Origin: Nemertoderma westbladi
Taxonomy: Eukaryota; Animalia; Xenacoelomorpha
DNA length: 49,333 nucleotides
Direction of reading: 5' to 3'
Assembly: GCA_032718475.1 (NCBI GenBank)
Contig: JAUCBJ010002424.1
Span: 1 to 49,333 of the forward strand
This document shows positions 45,066-49,333 of this stretch, piece by piece; within the stretch, counting starts at the first letter, position 1, and every line of letters starts with the position of its first letter. The notes under the pieces are model-generated. The model did no database searches and was not told the origin of the DNA. It saw nothing but the letters and a program-made list of their open reading frames with translations. Position numbers and translations under genes: made by a program.

Positions 45066-48000
45066 TTAGGGCGACCCCTCCAATAGGCAACACTTCCCTA
45101 CCGCCCTCCTGTAGGTCTTCCTATCTTTGGCCCACATCTTCCCTCTGATCCTCACTTCCACGGATCTAATTCTTCCGTCTTCGCCGGGGTAGCACTCCAC
45201 TACCCTAGCCAACCTCCAGTGATTGTTGATAATCATGTCATCTGTGACAATTAGCAAGTCACCCTTCCTTAGCTCCCTCTGGTTATTCCTCCATTTACTC
45301 CTCTTGTGCAGTGTTGGAAGGTACTCTTGGATCCACCTTGCCCAATACTCTGCACTTATTGCCTTAGCCACCTTCCAGCTTTGAAGCGAATGTATATCGT
45401 CTGGATCGATGTTTCGCATGTCAATCGTCGCTGGTCTCTCCATCAGCAGGTGTGCTGGTGTTAGGACGTCCAGCGATTCTGGCTCTTCATTCTCGGGATA
45501 CAGTGGGTGGCTGTTGATAATCCCCTCGCATTTCGCCAGCACTGTCCTTAGTACGTCCTCAGTGACCATAGTTATTCATGAGCTTGGTCATGAGTTGTTT
45601 GGAGCTACCCACAAGTCGCTCTACACATCCCAGCATATGTGGCGCGTATGGTGTTCTCCTCTCCCATCTGATTAGGTGTATCCTCATCACTGCCTTGACA
45701 TCTTCGCCCTCCAAAATGTCAAGGGCCTCCGCTAACTCGTTCTCCGCACCCACGAAGTTAGTCCAATTATATGAGTATAGTACCTCAACTAATCCTCCTC
45801 TGCTGGTCATGAACCTCTCCAGCGCATTAATAAATGCCGACGCCGTGGCGTCCTGAGCTAGTTCTATCCCCACTGCCCTCGTATCACTACAGATGAAGAT
45901 AATGCCGTAGCGTTTCTCTGTATGCCGCATCACTTTTATTTTAATCGGCCCAAACATGTCCCCGCTGCACTGTGTGAACAGTGGATTGTGATGCCTCACC
46001 CTGTTGGTCGGCAATGGCGCCATCTCCTGTACAGCCCTCTCCTTCGTCGTCCATTGGCACGTCTGGCATTGCCCCACTACCACCTTCACCATCTTCCTGA
46101 GCTGGATTACCCAGAATATCTTTCGAATCTCCATTAGGGTCTGGTTGGTACCCCCGGCGTATAGTATGGACTTATGGGCATCCCATATGATCTGGTGGAA
46201 TATTGGTGACTTGTTGGGGATTATTATCGGCTTTGGTGGGATTACAGGGCTGATGTTGTTCACCAACCTGGAGTTCATGACCAGGATCCCATCCTTATCT
46301 AATTGTGGTGACAGCGCATTGAGCTCGCTGTCTTGACAAAGGCGTTGTTGTTTGCTGATGCACTCTACCTCATCTCTGTATCCCTTCCTTTGTTCGTATC
46401 GTATCACGGCTTTGGCCGCTCCTTCCAGATCGATGGTGGGTCTCGACTTGGTATCCTTACCAGCTCCCCTAAGGATTTCTCTGTTTGCCCTCAGATATGC
46501 TACTAGCTTCTTTGTCTTGTACCAGGTGGAGCTGTAACTGATCAGCCTGTCCGTTGGGTTATTGCATGACTCTATCGCCTTAGATCGTGGTGGCGCCTCC
46601 TTAACCTCCCTCACTAGCTGACTAAATATTTCTTCCCCTTCTGATTCCCCTCCCTCATCCTCCACAACTCCTTCCTATGTACTTGGGTCTACCTTCCTCA
46701 TCGGCGGCCACTTTGACCTGTCATTCAGGAAGTCGCTGAGCCATGCTGCCACAACTCCTGCTTCCTTGAGAAAGTGTGGCGTACGACGCCCCTCAATAGC
46801 AGATCCGGTGGATTGTCATCAGTTGGGCAGTACTGTCACTTCTACAAGTTTGATGTTGCTCTTATCTCATCCACTCTATTCGCCACAAATATGGGATAGT
46901 AAATGCAGTCTTCTCGTTATGCAACTATCACAACACTATCATGGAATCTGTCCAGTAGTGTGTCTCTACTATACTTGGTATCGTGTCCACCAAGCATGCT
47001 ATTGCTCTCACTCCTAGTCTCGCAGCTGTTAACTCGAGTTTCGGCACTGATGCTGAATCTGGTGCCATCGACCTCGCTTTACTAAATGCAAGCCTGGGCT
47101 TATGAGTCCCCTGTACCAAATAGAGTGCCGCACTCCATGTGATTCCAGGGATGCATCAGAGAAATATGTAGTTCTATGTCGGTCATGTCCCCATCCGGGA
47201 AGTATACACGTGGCATACTATAAGTCCCCATTTCTTGGAGGCTCCCTGTCCATTTCTCCCACTGTTTGCTTATCTCCATTGGGACCTCCGGGTCCCAGTC
47301 ATCTTTGATCTTGTAGACCTTCTTCAATATTTGTTTCCCCATGACTAACAATGGCGACGCTAGACCTAGCAGATCATAAATGCTCGCTATGTATGACACA
47401 TTGCCCCATTTAGTATGGATCCCGCCGCCCTCCTGACTTAGTTGATGCACCAACTCATCTGTCTCCCGGTTCCATACGATCCCTAGTGCCTTCTGCTGCG
47501 ATTCTATTCTCTTGTCTGCCATGATCTGCTCCTTTACCGTCATAGGTTTATCTATCTTTACCTCCAGTTGTTTATCCTATATGGCTTCCATGAACTCTCT
47601 GGCGTAAGACTGGAATTTCGTAAGGTTAAATCCTGACCTCTTCAGGATGTTGCGAACTTCACGCCCTGTAACAAGGATCTCCTTAACTGAGTTTCCAGAG
47701 CCCATTCCATCGTCCACACAGAACCCGCGTCGAATCATATCAATCGCCTTCTCACTGTACTCCCCCTCTTTGCCCTCCACCCTGTCTCTTATGGCTGTAG
47801 TTGTGGTATCGACTCGGCCCCCATATTCTGCACTACCATCTTGTACATTGGTATCTCCGACGGTTCTTCCTCGCCGTTGTACCACAAGAAGCGCTGACTA
47901 TCGCTATCCTCCTCCGTCACTCGCACTTGGTTAAACATGCCCTCTATATCGCATGTGAAGGCATGTTTTCCACTTCTAAACCTTAACAGGACCTCTATCC

Positions 48001-49333
48001 CCGAGTTGTAAATATTGGGGCCTTCCAGTAGGTAATCGTTTAGACTATTGCCGTTTGTCTTGGAACGTCGACTACCATTCTGAACTTGCCCTTCTTAGGG
48101 TCTAGAGCCACATGAAGTGGCAAATAGTAGGTCCTATCAGTATTCGGCTCGTCCACTGGTAGCTCCATGGCCCATCCTCGATCCACGTACTTCTTGATGG
48201 TCTTGTGGATGTACTCGTTCTTCTTAGGGCTCCATCTAAGCGTTTGCTTTAATTTTCGAAGCATCGTCATGACCATCCTCTTGTTGTCTGTTAGGGACAC
48301 GGTCTGTAGTCTCTCATGGGCTGTCGGACAGTCCATGCAGACTATAAGAGACACTTTCGGGACATCCATTTCAGGTACGGAGAAATCGATATCGTCCAGG
48401 TACTGGTATTGCTCGATCTCGATCTTTGTAAGTCACCTGGCGTTAATGTTGATCGACTCTATTATTTGGGTTTGATGGTAGCCCCATAGTCGCACCCTGG
48501 TGTTATCGCTGCAATTTCGCATCGTCCTGTCCTCATCTTCATGACTTCATCTTTGCTGGAAATTGTGGTTACCGCCATCTTACTTGGCCTCGTTTGTAAC
48601 CATATCTTTTTGGCCACCCTACTTTCCGCTAACGTGAATGCTGCTCCGCTATCGACCAGCATTAGCGTCGTAACCGATAGTTTGTTCTCCCCTATTATCC
48701 TCACTGGTACTACTCCGAGTAGTACCGTTCCCTTCCTTATTGCTCCCATGGTGCTTGTCACCATCGTCTGGCCTCCAGTCCCATCTGTCACGGCATATTT
48801 AATCGGTGGTTCCTGGCATTCATCCTTTCTATGTCCTCCTACCGCACATCGATGACATAGTCCATTCTTACCGGTGTAGGCTATTCGATCTTGTTTAAGC
48901 AACACCTGCCAATGTTTACAGTTTATGGTCTTATGTTTACTGAACCTATGCAATTGGAATTTGTATTCTGGATTGTAGCATTCCTTATATAACGCTTCAT
49001 GTATTGCGCTTAGATTCATATCTAGTGGTTTAGTGTTTTGGTTACTTGGAGTCGGCCTACTGGGGGTATTGGGTTTGTATTTGTTTGTGTTGTTACTTTG
49101 TTTCTGTCCCTGCCACGGTGTGGCTCTACTCCCAGCTCCCTGCGGACTTGTAGTCCCCTGTGTGGCCGCATACGGTAGTGACTGCCTCACCTTCGGAAGT
49201 GTATTGGCCGCACTATGTTCGAGTTTAGGTCAGCTGTATTCAGTTTTTGGTACCTTGCCTAGACTGTCCTCACTATAGACTGGATCCGTTATTAGCTCCG
49301 CCTCGTAGTTAAGGAAGTTCGACATCTCCTCCA
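45066..49333 (-). pseudogene. BEL/Pao gag-pol polyprotein, fragmented by frameshifts and stops
   Basis: CHRCAVGGHRKDEC knuckle. Protease LVDSGA. RT motifs YYLPLH..KFRMVVD, LLEGPN, CDIEGMFNQV, CVDDG. Pao RNase H motifs PKLELTAA and WTDSMIVL. Integrase motifs CQTC, DMFGP, SYNWTNFVGA (mutated SDNGTNF) and ERLV. DUF5641-like YWARWIQEYLPTLHKRSKW. Confidence 0.95.

Larger units (their letters stand above)
40470..49333 (-). mobile_element. Decayed BEL/Pao LTR retrotransposon with an extended 3' region; 5' part lies outside the window
   Basis: gag-PR-RT-RH-IN order on the minus strand, then extra ORF fragments, a PPT and an LTR. Membership of 40470-45060 in the same element is inferred. Confidence 0.75.

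Overview
AT-rich, repeat-dense eukaryotic DNA, probably from an invertebrate animal. No prokaryotic operons or CRISPR array are present. Two host genes are each encoded as one uninterrupted ORF: an LRR + ADP-ribosylglycohydrolase (ARH)-fold fusion whose catalytic aspartate motifs are replaced (8680-10572, -), and an ARAP/centaurin-delta-type PH-PH-ArfGAP-ANK-PH-PH-RhoGAP-RA protein (26730-31562, +). The left end is an apparently intact CR1/L2-group LINE (ORF1 plus a PHD-APE-RT ORF2 that runs off the window). The right end is a decayed BEL/Pao LTR retrotransposon. A ~4 kb extra segment, encoding a frameshifted triple-CCHC protein, lies between its integrase and a PPT-preceded 451-bp LTR. Between these lie several minisatellites, an IS3EU-like MITE with a clean 6-bp TSD, and a cluster of long foldback elements. 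The most striking unannotated structure is a tRNA-derived Pol III head fused directly to a complete minimal type I hammerhead ribozyme (22988-23091). A 190-bp body follows it and is duplicated just upstream inside a perfect 54-bp inverted repeat, which suggests a retrozyme or a Penelope-mobilised SINE.
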